Of a stretch of 64,000 nucleotides of DNA, positions 1 to 10,750 are shown piece by piece. Position 1 is the stretch's first letter; each line of letters starts with the position of its first letter. The position numbers and the translations under genes were made by a program. The notes beneath the pieces are model-generated. The model was not told where the DNA came from. It saw only the letters and a program-made list of their open reading frames with translations, and made no database searches. Source of the DNA: Lama glama (Eukaryota); the NCBI GenBank assembly GCA_028534125.1, contig CM052818.1, positions 26,228,001-26,292,000 of the forward strand, written 5' to 3'.

Positions 1-110
1 TGTGTATATACAAATCTTTATCGGTTAAGTCCTGGCGTTATAAAATTTGTCTTTCCCTCATTAAGCCTTAATTTTCATCGACAAGTTGTAATCTTCATGA
101 TTTTATTTAT

Positions 111-128
111 TGACAGTAGATGGCGCTG
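111..128 (+). promoter_or_regulatory. CTCF-binding motif candidate
   Basis: TGACAGTAGATGGCGCTG matches 13/14 positions of the CTCF core CCASYAGRKGGCRS; CpG retained; unique-looking sequence. Confidence 0.55.
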
Positions 129-194
129 CTGATTGTCCAAAAAGAGAAAAATGTGGCCTTAACATCCCACCCCCACTCCTTTTCTTAGCCCTAG

Positions 195-223
195 AAACAA
201 AAACAAAAACAAAAACAAAAAAA
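195..223 (+). repeat. (AAAAAC)n simple repeat
   Basis: aaacaaaaacaaaaacaaaaacaaaaaaa. Confidence 0.9.
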
Positions 224-524
224 TCCAAAAACCTGGAAAAGAGAAAGTAAATTTCTCATTCCAATGAAAGGTTGAAATTAATAGTTTGAACGGCCATGTC
301 ATTGAGCTGGATGTGTTTTATTTGAGACTCTAGGGGAAATCTCCAGGGCTATTTGCAAAATTTCATTAACAGGATTAAAACAAAATATAGTAAAATTTAA
401 TTAGACAGACAATAAATTTAGAGTTCTTTGTTAGACAGATAATTTTAGGAAGAGATGAGTATTAAGACAATTATGAATTTAGCTTAAAATATACATAACT
501 TCCATTCCAGAGTCCTAAAACGAG

Positions 525-640
525 TACAGAGGAGTATGATGGTCAAGATGAAAACACAAACAAACAACTTAATTATCTGACCTTTGAGTAAGTTCCTTAA
601 CATCTCAGGTCATAAATTTCCTCATCTGTAAAAGTGAACT
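525..640 (+). mobile_element. MIR SINE fragment
   Basis: gacctttgagtaagttccttaacatctc...tttcctcatctgtaaaa matches the MIR core. Confidence 0.75.
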
Positions 641-1232
641 ATTTTTTGCCTAATTCACAGGACAGTTACATAGAACAAATGTAGTAAAGTAGTGTAAACA
701 CCTTGGGAATGCAATGTCTTATATCCAAATAAGTCTTTATTTATCTTTTCCATACATTCACTCCTATAGGTACAATCGTAACAGTGAAAACTGAAATTTA
801 GAAGACTTGACGGTTCAATTTCCTCACTTGTCCACAAACAATATAATAACCTTCAGTGTTTAGATTCATGTAAGAAAAGAGACTAAGGTATTTTCAACCA
901 TAAAAAGAAAGTTTAGTTTAATATTCAGTGATGAGAAAACTAAATAAAAGAATGCTCGACTCCAAAGCATATAAACGAATTGAGGCAGCCTGTTTCCACT
1001 GTGCTCCCAGGAGGAGCGTGTGTTCCCGTGAATGGAAGTGGCGGGGGTGTGGGTATGTGGGATACGTGTTTGTGGGGTACAGACCAAGCAGACTTGCTGA
1101 GTAAACTTAAGCTGCAAGATGGTCATAGCCCTAAAGAAGACTATGTGGAATGTTCCCCTTGACTTTCACAAGAGGCAAAGACATTCCTTCTGCTCCCCCA
1201 CCTTTCATTAGACAGCTTATTGCAATATCTTT

Positions 1233-1258
1233 TATATATATATATATACACACATACA
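1233..1258 (+). repeat. (TA)n(CA)n microsatellite
   Basis: tatatatatatatatacacacatac. Confidence 0.85.
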
Positions 1259-1535
1259 GACACTTCTCAAAAGAAGAAATTCAAATAGCTAACAGGTGCT
1301 CAGCATCTCTTATCATCAAGGAAATGCAAATGAAAACCACAAGGAGACATTACCCCACACCTGTCAAGGAGGCTATTATCAAAAAGACAAAAGATAACAA
1401 GTGTTGGCTAGATTGTGGAGAAAAGAGAATTTTCTGTGATGCTGGTGGTGGGAATATAAATGGGTGCAGCCACTATGGAAAACAGTATGGAGTTTCCTTA
1501 AAAACTTAAAAACGGCACTGCCATATGATCCTCTG
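1257..1535 (+). mobile_element. LINE-1 ORF2 C-terminal fragment (degenerate)
   Basis: Translation [50 protein letters not shown] resembles the L1 ORF2 C-terminus; continues gcagccactatggaaaacagtatggagtttcct...ctgccatatgatcc. Confidence 0.92.
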
Positions 1536-1984
1536 CTCTTCTTTTAACAAAAGATTCACAAATGTTTGCTGTTGATGGTAAGTATTGCCATTTTTGCCTC
1601 AAGAACCCTGGGTATCTCATGGCAGAGCTGCTGGGCCCCAAGTTGCTGCCCCAGGGAGTGAACACCCTCCATGCCAGCAGCTCTAGGAGGCCAGATGCAG
1701 CTTCTCCATTCCCGGCAGGAGTCAATGTCCCGTTCCCAGACTCCACTACTGGCTCTGGGCTTTGGGAACCTAAAGCATCATCGTCCTGGCATAATGGTGA
1801 CTGGCCAGCTTGTAAAAGCACAGGGGGCAGGTTCTAGTCCCCTGCCCCCTCCCCTCTGCTTTTACAGATTCTATCATATCCTAAGGCAGGAACCCCTGCC
1901 TGGCCTCCATCAGGGCTGTGTCCCATGCTCTGGGGAGCAATAGCTTATAACCTATTGCATTTATGATTATAGAGGTGTTTGTGT

Positions 1985-2130
1985 GGTTTGTTTAATTTCT
2001 CCCGCCAACTCTCAGTTCAGGGTGTATGTGAAACACGTCTGTCTTTTTGACCCCTCTATCCCTATGCCCTACACAGGGCCTAGCACAAAGTAGGTGCTCA
2101 GCAAAGAGTTGCTGAATGACTGAAAGAATG
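1985..2130 (+). mobile_element. L2 LINE 3' end
   Basis: cagggcctagcacaaagtaggtgctcagcaaagagttgctgaatgactgaa is a typical L2 terminus. Confidence 0.7.
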
Positions 2131-3157
2131 GTTGATTGGCTTTAACCTTCCCTGGAAAGGGCTGGCAGGCCTCTAGGGGTTAAACTAAGCCACCCACAAA
2201 GCGCCCAGACCGGCAGACTTGATGCCACTTCTCAGGCCCCTCCGGAGGACAGACCTACGGAGGGGAAAGGTGAGTTTCTAGTTGAGACAGGCTGGGTTTG
2301 TGGCCTGCAGCCCCCATGTGCTAAGCTCTCCCCAGCCTTTCCTGCGAACCCAGTCCCCCCAGCGTGTGTCTGCCTGCCCCTCCGCTTCTTCCCTTCACTG
2401 CTCCCTGTGGGCGTGGGGCTGGCACCGAGCTTGATCCTAAGTCAGTCTGTTCTAACAGGAAGCGAATAGCGTTCCTCTCCTGATGGAGGTGTTTCCTTCT
2501 TCAAGAAGTTACAAAGGGCTCCTTTCAGAGAGCAGGGGGCAGGCCTGTGTGTGGCCACATGGCTGTCTGCCCTGTGCGGAGCGAAGCACGTTCTGGACTC
2601 AGGCCTCCTCTCCTGCAAGAGGCAAGAGGTGGCTGGTCTCCCTGAGCTTCAGTCCCTTCGCCTGCTGGATATAAGCATCTTCGGGAAGCCCCCAGGGTCA
2701 CTGTGAATCTTTCTTGGCTTCCAGGTAGGGAGGGATGCTTAACGTACTCTAATGACAGATTCTAGAGAACTTCTAAGAAGAGATGCCAAGAGTTGGTTTG
2801 GCTGCGTTAAAAAGATTACTAATTACAGTCATTTATGGGACTTGCTGCTTAGCATTCTAGCTAATCACTGAGCAGGCTGTAAGCATTATCAGTCTGGTGA
2901 ATATCTGTCAGACTATCTTTCGTTGTAATTTTATTCTCTGGCGACACCTGCTCATGAAGATTCCCTCTGTTCTCATGCAGCAGAGCTGCCTGCTCGGGAC
3001 TGAAACAAAACAACCCAGAAGGCATGCTTTCTAAGCACAAAGGATAAAAAGCCTATAAACATATCACATTATTGCTTTTTGTTGCTTGGGGAAAGGTTGG
3101 TTGGTAGAAGAAGGTCGACAAAGCACTAAGTTTTTTAGCCGTTTCCTATACTCTATC

Positions 3158-3178
3158 CACACACACACACACACACAC
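3158..3178 (+). repeat. (CA)n microsatellite
   Basis: About 10 CA units. Confidence 0.95.
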
Positions 3179-3483
3179 CCCCCACCAGCACTCTGAACGC
3201 GGGCTCTGTCAGTTTCAGAAACACTCTCCATTATGGTGCTTTGCAGAGAACAGAAGTTGTTTTTCCCATTTTACAAGAACGAATACAAAACCCTAAGTGC
3301 CTGTTACTCATGGTGCCCAGGTCACTCAGGAAATCTGTGTCATATCAAGCAATATGGAGCTTGGATCAGAACAAAAGAAGGTTAGGTTAAATCCAAGCAG
3401 AAACGTCTTGACATTTAGCTTAGAAAGGCATGTAGTTCCCTGCATTAGGTTCAGTTTTGCTAAATAACCTCCAAAATGCATTT

Positions 3484-3508
3484 TGTGTGTGTGTGTGTGT
3501 GTGTGTGT
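3484..3508 (+). repeat. (TG)n microsatellite
   Basis: About 12 TG units. Confidence 0.95.
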
Positions 3509-4329
3509 AAACGTGTAACCCTTTGAGCAGCTTGGAAAGAAGCAGGTCAGCGCGGCCCCCACCCACTGTCAGCCTCCACCACCTCTGCACGGAGACGATA
3601 AACTGGGGCCACTGACCAGGGCCTCTCGACCAAGGCTGGAATGCAGACGGGGAATTGCATACATAGAAAAAAGAAAACAGATCAAAATCACTTAGTTCCT
3701 ATATAAATTCATCAACTTCTATCCAGTCAGTGTTTGGCATCGGCACCAGGGGATCAACCTTTCCAGGCCTGTTGTTCAGATGAAGACATTACCAAACACA
3801 AAAGGCACGTCAAGTCCTCCAGCACGGCAGCAGGCCCGAGATAAAAACCAGACTTTGGAGTCAGAGTAGGAACAAGTTACACTGTTTTAAAATATTACTT
3901 ACTGTTAAAAAAAATAAGGAATCAGGAAATCAGAAAATTAAATGTAAGCACAAGATTAAAAAAAAAAAGCATTTTCAAGCATTTTTCTCCTTAAAAATAC
4001 TACTTCCATGTAAAAGTGTGATTTGGTCCTTAGCACACCCCAATGACTGGGTTATTGGGTAAGAACAAAATGATGAAAACTTAGAAACCATCTAGTACAG
4101 TTTCTCATCTGCTATATTTGAATCCTCTCTTTGTGCCCCAACATCTTGTCCCCCTGCTCCTGCAATTCAGGCACTTCTCTTAGCTACAACACTTGCAAAT
4201 CTGATTCCTTGGTCCTCCCAAAGACTCTGTAAGCTCTCTTGCATCATTTAGCAAATTCACTTTCTTCTCAAACCAGATGGAACACATAGGTTCCACGGCT
4301 TTCAACAAAGAACCTGGTAACCCTGGTCA

Positions 4330-5300
4330 CCCATCACTCTATGTGTATCCTTCCTATTTTATTTTTGAATTACCTTCAACTCCTTCTTTGCTGCTCTATC
4401 ACTCTTGCCCTAGCTCAGGTCCTCACTATTCCTTACCTAGAATATTTTCATGCCCTCCTAATTGGTTTCCCTGTCTCTGGTCTCTTCCCACTTCAACCCT
4501 CCCTCCACATTCCTGCTGTGTTTTTATCCTTTTGAAACTTAATTATTCAATTAAGTACCATTCGGTACTTCGTTGCTCTATGAAATACACTGATGGTGTC
4601 CCATTGCCAACAGAATACACCCTAAAGTCTTTCATAGCATGGAAGGACCCCCGTCACCTTGCCTGAACCTGCTCACACAGTCACTAAAAGCAAAAGCGTT
4701 AGTATCAGTGACATCGGATGAGCTATAGGACCTCGAGTAAGCCCCTTCACAACGTAGAGCCTCGTCTGTAAAGTAGCAACAATAGCACCTTCCTCATTTG
4801 TAAAATGGTGATTTGAAAATTCCAAACTCATAGCATTGTTATGAAAACTAAATGAGATAATGAATAAACATGCACCTGGCCCTGTGCTTGGCATATAGTA
4901 GGCATTTGACAATGTGTGTGTGCATGTGTGTTTCATGAATTGCCACTCTCCACCTTGTACAACCAGACAATCTTAAAATCATCCTTACGTTTTCATGCTG
5001 ATGTACTTTTTTTTTAAACCTCAGAGTCCTTCCTGCTTTCTCTTTTGCCTGATAAGCTATTACAAGATCAAGCTCAAATGTTACCACCTTGTGGAACCTT
5101 CTCTGACTCCAAGCAAGATTGTCAGTCCCTCCTCCTGGTACCTCTCTGGTGGCAATTATCTGACCCCATTGCAATGATTTGCTTACAAAGTCACCTCTTC
5201 CACTGACAGTCTTTTTCATTTTGAGATCAACCAAGTCCAGTGTGATGCCCAGCCTACAGGAACACCTCAATAAATGTGAGATGAATGGATAAATGAAATA
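4330..5300 (+). mobile_element. L2 LINE 3' region interrupted by a MIR
   Basis: ctcctaattggtttccctgtctctggtctc...; tcaagctcaaatgttaccaccttgtggaaccttctctgac; tail cctcaataaatgtgagatgaatggataaatgaa. Confidence 0.8.
4690..4915 (+). mobile_element. MIR SINE nested in L2
   Basis: ttcctcatttgtaaaatgg...ttgttatgaaaactaaatgagataat...gtgcttggcatatagtaggcatttg. Confidence 0.75.
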
Positions 5301-5589
5301 ATGGTGAAAAGGAGAAGGATGGACTAGCCACCTACTCTTTCTGGGAAATAAAGTTCGGCTGAAAGCATGACAAGTCCAAACCTGAAACTTTACATGATTA
5401 CCTAGCAAACCTACCTAGGTACGCTTTAAGGAAACAAAGAAAGTTGAAGATTACATAATGAGTGAGTAAGAGTAATTATTTTAAAAGTGATTTTTAGGCA
5501 CACAAAAGAGTTATGTTATCAAAAAAAGTTTTATTTAAATAGGAAGTTGTCCAGTTGCTATAAGCAATTATTTACTTAATTTTCATTTC

Positions 5590-5752
5590 AACAGGGAAAT
5601 ATGTACAAGATCTTGTAGTAGCTCACAGTGAAAAAAAATGTGACAATGAATATATGTATGTTCATGTGTAACAGAAAAATTGTGCTCTACACTGGAATTT
5701 GACACAACATTGTGAAATGATTATAACTCAATAAAAAAAGTTAAAAATAAAA
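5590..5752 (+). mobile_element. 5'-truncated young L1 3' end (camelid-type)
   Basis: acagggaaatatgtacaagatcttgtagtagctcacagtgaaaaaaaatgtgacaatgaatatatgtatgttcatgtgtaac...acaacattgtgaaatgattataactcaataaaaaaa followed by an A-rich tail. Confidence 0.85.
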
Positions 5753-6663
5753 CACACTCACACACACACAAATTTCAAATGTGGGCAGGGCAAAGCCTCA
5801 GTAATAGTGTTGGCTACCAAATGGAGTTCTATCTAGTCTCCGTTAAGACAAAGCCCCTCAGAGCTGGGAGAAACACAGTGGGAAAGAGAACACTGGCTCT
5901 GCATGCAGCTAGTGACACTGTTGTGTGGGGTAATGCACACCTGAATGATGTTTGTTTTTTTCACAAGAGTCAGCAAGAAGTTTCAAACTATCTAATGTGT
6001 CCATAGTTTCATTGTCAAATCATAAATTGTAACTAAGGTCTTCGAGAAGAGGGTTATTTTGTGAGTAACCTGGACTTTCAAATAAAATATACAGAAACAG
6101 GGATAACCTGACTATTACTCCTTCAGGACCCTATGAATTGGCTATGCAAACATAGTTTGCAGCTCGGTGGGCCTGGAAGCCATGAGAGGCTCTGTCTACT
6201 TCCACAGACACTTTTCCATAGGTGGAAACTGCGATTAGAACTTTTGGTCAGCTCTCATCCTCACCCTACTGACATTAGCAGGAGAGCCGCACACGGAAGT
6301 TCAGAGACAATGTGAAACTTGGTTGGGGTCACTCAGGCCAGGGAACCTTTTTAAGAACAAAAAGCCCAAGAGGTTATGACCTTGGTTGCATCTAAAGTAA
6401 AGACTTTGCTGTTTTAGATTATAAACTGGTTTGGGTGAAAACCAGTTGATGTGTGGACAATCTGACGGGTTCAGTGGGCTTTTTAACCTTGTAATTATCT
6501 CTTCACTAAAGTAAATGTTAACCTAACCATTGACATTTGATAAGTCACTCTGTGCTACCCAAGATAGAAGATAAATTTTTATCATTTTTTGAGACATTAA
6601 TATGCATTTCTCATCATATAATACTATTCTATTTTGTTGAAAGGATGTATAGAAGTATATTCA

Positions 6664-6703
6664 TATACATGTGCAGTTAAGCACAAATAATTGCACATGT
6701 ATA
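6664..6703. repeat. Inverted repeat: 16-bp arms, 8-nt loop
   Basis: tatacatgtgcagtta-agcacaaa-taattgcacatgtata; 15 Watson-Crick pairs plus one G.T. Confidence 0.9.
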
Positions 6704-6964
6704 CAAGTTTTTCTGGTTTTCAGTATGTACATAGTTTTTAAAACATGGCACTCCTTGGAGAACAAATGGTGACTTCACTTAACAAGTCTGAAGGTCAGGC
6801 TGTGGTGACAGAGAGGCCCGGATGAAAATCCACTGGGGAAACCAACCAAATTAAAGATGAAGTGGCTCTGTAGGGACCACAGGCCTCTTGGGGTCTATTT
6901 TTGCTAAAACCGATTACATGTTGTCCTACTCCAGCATCACGGTTAGTACCACTTCTCAGATTAA

Positions 6965-6982
6965 TGAGAACAATTGTTCTCA
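6965..6982. repeat. Perfect 18-bp palindrome
   Basis: tgagaacaa|ttgttctca. Confidence 0.95.
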
Positions 6983-7216
6983 AAAGATAAGAAACATGCC
7001 ATTTCTCAACAAGCACAAGCAGACAACCTGTTGAAATTATGCATAAATAAAACCATAACTAGTGGATCTCAGTCATTTACAGCCATTAATGTCTTCTGCC
7101 CTCTTTGAAAAAGCCCAGAGGAAGAGGCAAGTGACAAGTAGTTCACACACAAAGATATGGGCGTACCAGGGACTCCTGCCAACTCTACAGGATCTAAAAT
7201 AGTCCTTTGACAACTC

Positions 7217-7288
7217 AGCAAGGAATGGGTTTCAGGCCCTGAGGCAACTGTGAGCAAGAAATGGGTTTCAGGCCCTAAGGCAACTGTG
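7217..7288 (+). repeat. 36-bp tandem duplication (2 copies, 2 mismatches)
   Basis: agcaaggaatgggtttcaggccctgaggcaactgtg / agcaagaaatgggtttcaggccctaaggcaactgtg. Confidence 0.95.
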
Positions 7289-7749
7289 CACATCAGAGGA
7301 ATGGGCTCCCTCCCTCCAGCTGGGGCCCCAGCTAATCTTGCGGTCTTCACAGGCAGGCAGCTCTGCTCTAAGGGCAGCCAAGTCATGCTTAACAAAAGCC
7401 AGCTGGAGAAGCAGCCCAGCCCAAGTGCTGAATGCTACTGAAAGTGTCTTCAAGATTTTATAACATCTTATTTACTCTCCTTAGCAAGAGAAGCTGGCAG
7501 TGCCCTCCTCCCTCCTTTCAGAATAGGCAATACTGACCTCCCTCTGGGGGTTCTTCAAAGATCAACGAATAGAAATCCCCACTCTGGGCATTATCAGCTT
7601 GTGTGTGAGTCGACCCCTGAGACTGGTTTATTTCACACTCAACAAACATGAGCACTCACTATGTGCAGGGCTGGGGGGCGTGGAATTCATAGAGGAGAAA
7701 TGACAGTCATTTATAAAAGAACAACTCAGGGAGGAGTAGTAAAAGTAAG

Positions 7750-7915
7750 ATCAGCTCCAATGCATTGCACTCCTACTGTGTGTCAGGCCCCATGGGATGC
7801 CTTTTACCTAATTGTCTCATTTGATCCTCAAAACACTCCTGCAAGGTATTTTCATTCCTACTTCACAGACTAAGAAACTGAGGCTCAGAGAAATGAAAAG
7901 ACTTGGTGAAGCTCA
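7750..7915 (-). mobile_element. MIR SINE
   Basis: tctcatttgatcctcaaaacactcctgcaaggta...cacagactaagaaactgaggctcagaga. Confidence 0.8.
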
Positions 7916-8275
7916 GAATATTCAGGTTGTGAAGGGATTGATTACGTGGTGAATGGGGAGTCCCCTAAGGTTGTTGAGCAGTGAGGTGACCTGACCAGAG
8001 ACTAAAGAAGTAAATGGAATGGAGGGAGGATGAATCAAGATGCAGGAAAAGCAGCCAACAGACCGTTAGCATTTGGTGGAAAATGTGATGAAGGTTGACA
8101 TGCAAATCTAAACAATATGCATATATGGTTTTTTTTTTAATCATCTGCAATAAAAACTATAGAGTAAAGCCAAAGAACTGCAAAAATTCAGGCCAATTGT
8201 TACTTCTGGGAAGGATGGACAGAAAGAGAGGAGGATGTAATTAGGGTTGAAGTCTCTGGGGCCTTAAGCAGCACT

Positions 8276-8541
8276 TATTTTTATTTTATTTATTTTATTT
8301 TTCAACTTTATTGAAAAGTTTATTTTCAATTTTATTTATGATTAACAAATCAAGTGGTAATCTATTTAAAACACACAATCTGATGATCTGATATACGTAC
8401 ACATGGTGAAAGGATTCTCACCATTAAGTTAATTAAGTTAATTAACACATCCATCATCACCTGATATATATATATATATTTTTTTTTTTAGTGAAAATTC
8501 TTGAGTTCTACTCAGCAAATTTCAATTGTAAAATACAGTAT
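8276..8541 (-). mobile_element. L1 (L1MA-like) 3' end
   Basis: (TTTTA)n tail, then atacgtacacatggtgaaaggattctcacc...aattaacacatccatcatcac...ttctactcagcaaatttcaattgtaaaatacagtat. Confidence 0.8.
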
Positions 8542-8589
8542 CCCTTGAACGCAGCCACAAAGCGGGGGCACCACGCGTGTGTACAAGCT

Positions 8590-9130
8590 CCTTCCAGAGA
8601 GATGTTGGCATGAGCTGGAGGGAGAAAGTTTGCATTTGAAGAGGCAGAGCGAGGAATGGAAAAGGCCTCCTAAGGATGAGCCAGGTGGAGGTGTCCATGG
8701 GGACCAATGAACAGAGAGACACAGGTTTGCTGAGGAGAGACAGTGACTACCTCCCCTTGGCTGATGCTTTGAGCAATGGCAGGAGAGAAGTTTGGTCAGG
8801 GGGCTGGAGCCTGGAGGAACTTGACTTCCATACCATGGATCTAGACTTCACCCAGAATGCAATGGGAAGCAGTAAGAGATTAATGAGCAGAACTAGTGCA
8901 TGTCAAAAGTGATATGTTATTTTAAAAACCAGCCCTGAGCCCAGTGGCAGTGTGGGGGATGAATCAGAGGCAGGGAGAAATCAGAGACAGGAAGACCAAT
9001 GAGGAAGCTGCTGCAATAGCCCAGGCATGATGTGGAAAGGACCTAAGCTGGAAGTGTCAGGGGCCCAAGGAAACAAAGGATGTGGGAGACATTAGGAAGG
9101 GCTATTCCATGGGATGAGGCTTAAATAGGA
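8590..9130 (-). mobile_element. L2 LINE fragment
   Basis: gcaatgggaagcagtaagagatt...gagacaggaagaccaatgaggaagctgctgcaatagcccaggca reads as antisense L2. Confidence 0.7.
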
Positions 9131-10442
9131 TGGGAATCCATTGGATAGGATGGTTCTAGGAGTTGGATGAGACTCAAAACAAGGTTGATTTGTTGGAAGC
9201 ACTTCCAAAATGTCACTTTGTTACTTATTCACAGATATTAATGACTCCTCCAGTGTCATTACCTAACTCACTTACAATCTGGGAACTCACATCCACTCTA
9301 TCCATCATGCAGGATTTACTCCTACTCTATGAGTCTTCACAGATAGATTAGTCTGACCCCTTAAGAAAGTCTTTATGTCACAATAACATGTAATTAATCT
9401 TTTAAAATCAAGACTTACAGTATCCCCAAACTCCCAAAGACATGCTTGGTCAAGAAGTACTAGAGAAGCTCAGAACTAGGAACTAAGTATTAGATTAGTT
9501 TGCTCAACCGGAGGACAGACTACACGGCTCTGTAGGCCAGTTTAGGCCACATGACAGCTCCAAGCCCAGGTGCTTTAAAACAGAAATCACTTCAGGGCAA
9601 TCCAGGTCGTCCTTGCCTTACAGAGGAGGATCATATCTGCCAGGGAAGAAGGCTGTCCTGTCACTAAAGAAATGGTTACTCTGTACATAATTTGGTGGTA
9701 AATAGAGCCCTTCCTAGAATTTTCCTTTGGGGTTCAATCAGGCATTTAGATTTCAAGTGTGACTTAAATAGATCATATTGTGTGTATAAATATAAAGGTG
9801 TATTGGGAAATAGGCAATGTAAGTAATAATGAAAGAGAACCATAGTTTGATCCAATCTGTGCATCGGAACAGAAATTTTATTGCCTTTGATGAAAGATTT
9901 TCTTTTGTGCTACGTGTAAGTAATAAAAGCATGATCACACGGTCACTGCTATTTTCCCCCAGAGAATGATTCCCACACTAGGAATTATGACTATACCCTC
10001 AAAAGCAGAATTTCTACTTTAAGAATATAAAGCAGCTGACAATCTATGAGCAGCAGTAACTACTCAGATTGGTGAGTTTCCTACAAGCCTCCATTCTTAT
10101 CCCCCATGACACCGTGAAACCCCCTCGTAGACCCTGTCAATTCACAGACCTAGTTCTCAATCACCTGCCTCAACCCACTACTTTCCCCCTCCCCATCCTG
10201 CTTTTGTGTGTTCAGGTCATCAGTTTCATCCTCCCATTTCTGTCCTTCCACCCACAGGACTCAGTGCATAACATTCCCTTCCAAATTTGACGTGGGTGCC
10301 ACGGGTTGACATCCATGCCCCACTCTGGCCATGCTTTCTATTTATATAAGAATTTTTAATTTATTCAAGATTAAAATAATATGTTGCCCTCCTCTTGATT
10401 TACATGTACACTTTTGACGAGGTCCTGGTACTGGGGCAATCT

Positions 10443-10570
10443 GTTCACTCATTCAACAAATGTGTAGTGAGCAACTGCTAAGTATCAGGCACTGGGCTAA
10501 ACACTGAGATACCAAAGTGAAAGTCATGTCTCCATCCTCAAGGAGCTCTCAGGCTGGAAGAGACAGAAAA
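10443..10570 (-). mobile_element. L2 3' end
   Basis: ttcactcattcaacaaatgtgtagtgagcaactgctaagtatcaggcactgggcta...cctcaaggagctc. Confidence 0.8.
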
Positions 10571-10664
10571 TTATAACACACAGGTACACACCAGCAACAA
10601 GAATCCCTATTGATTTGACTATAAATCTGCTGTCCTCAGTCCAATATCAAAATAAAGCCAATCA

Positions 10665-10750
10665 TATGTGTATAACTGAATTGCTCTCCTGTACACCTGA
10701 AACTAACATTGTAAATCAACTACATTTCAATAAAAAAATAAAATAAAATA
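10665..10750 (+). mobile_element. Very short artiodactyl-type L1 3' end with TSD
   Basis: tataactgaattgctctcctgtacacctgaaactaacattgtaaatcaactacatttcaataaaaaa; flanked by aaaataaagccaatca (10649-10664) and aaaataaatccagtca (10745-10760). Confidence 0.85.

Noticed and set aside
1150..1509. 119-aa ORF as a host gene
   Set aside because: It is a decayed L1 ORF2 fragment read through a microsatellite
4848..5408. Longest ORF in the track (186 aa)
   Set aside because: Antisense to L2/MIR repeats, non-ATG start, no recognisable domain
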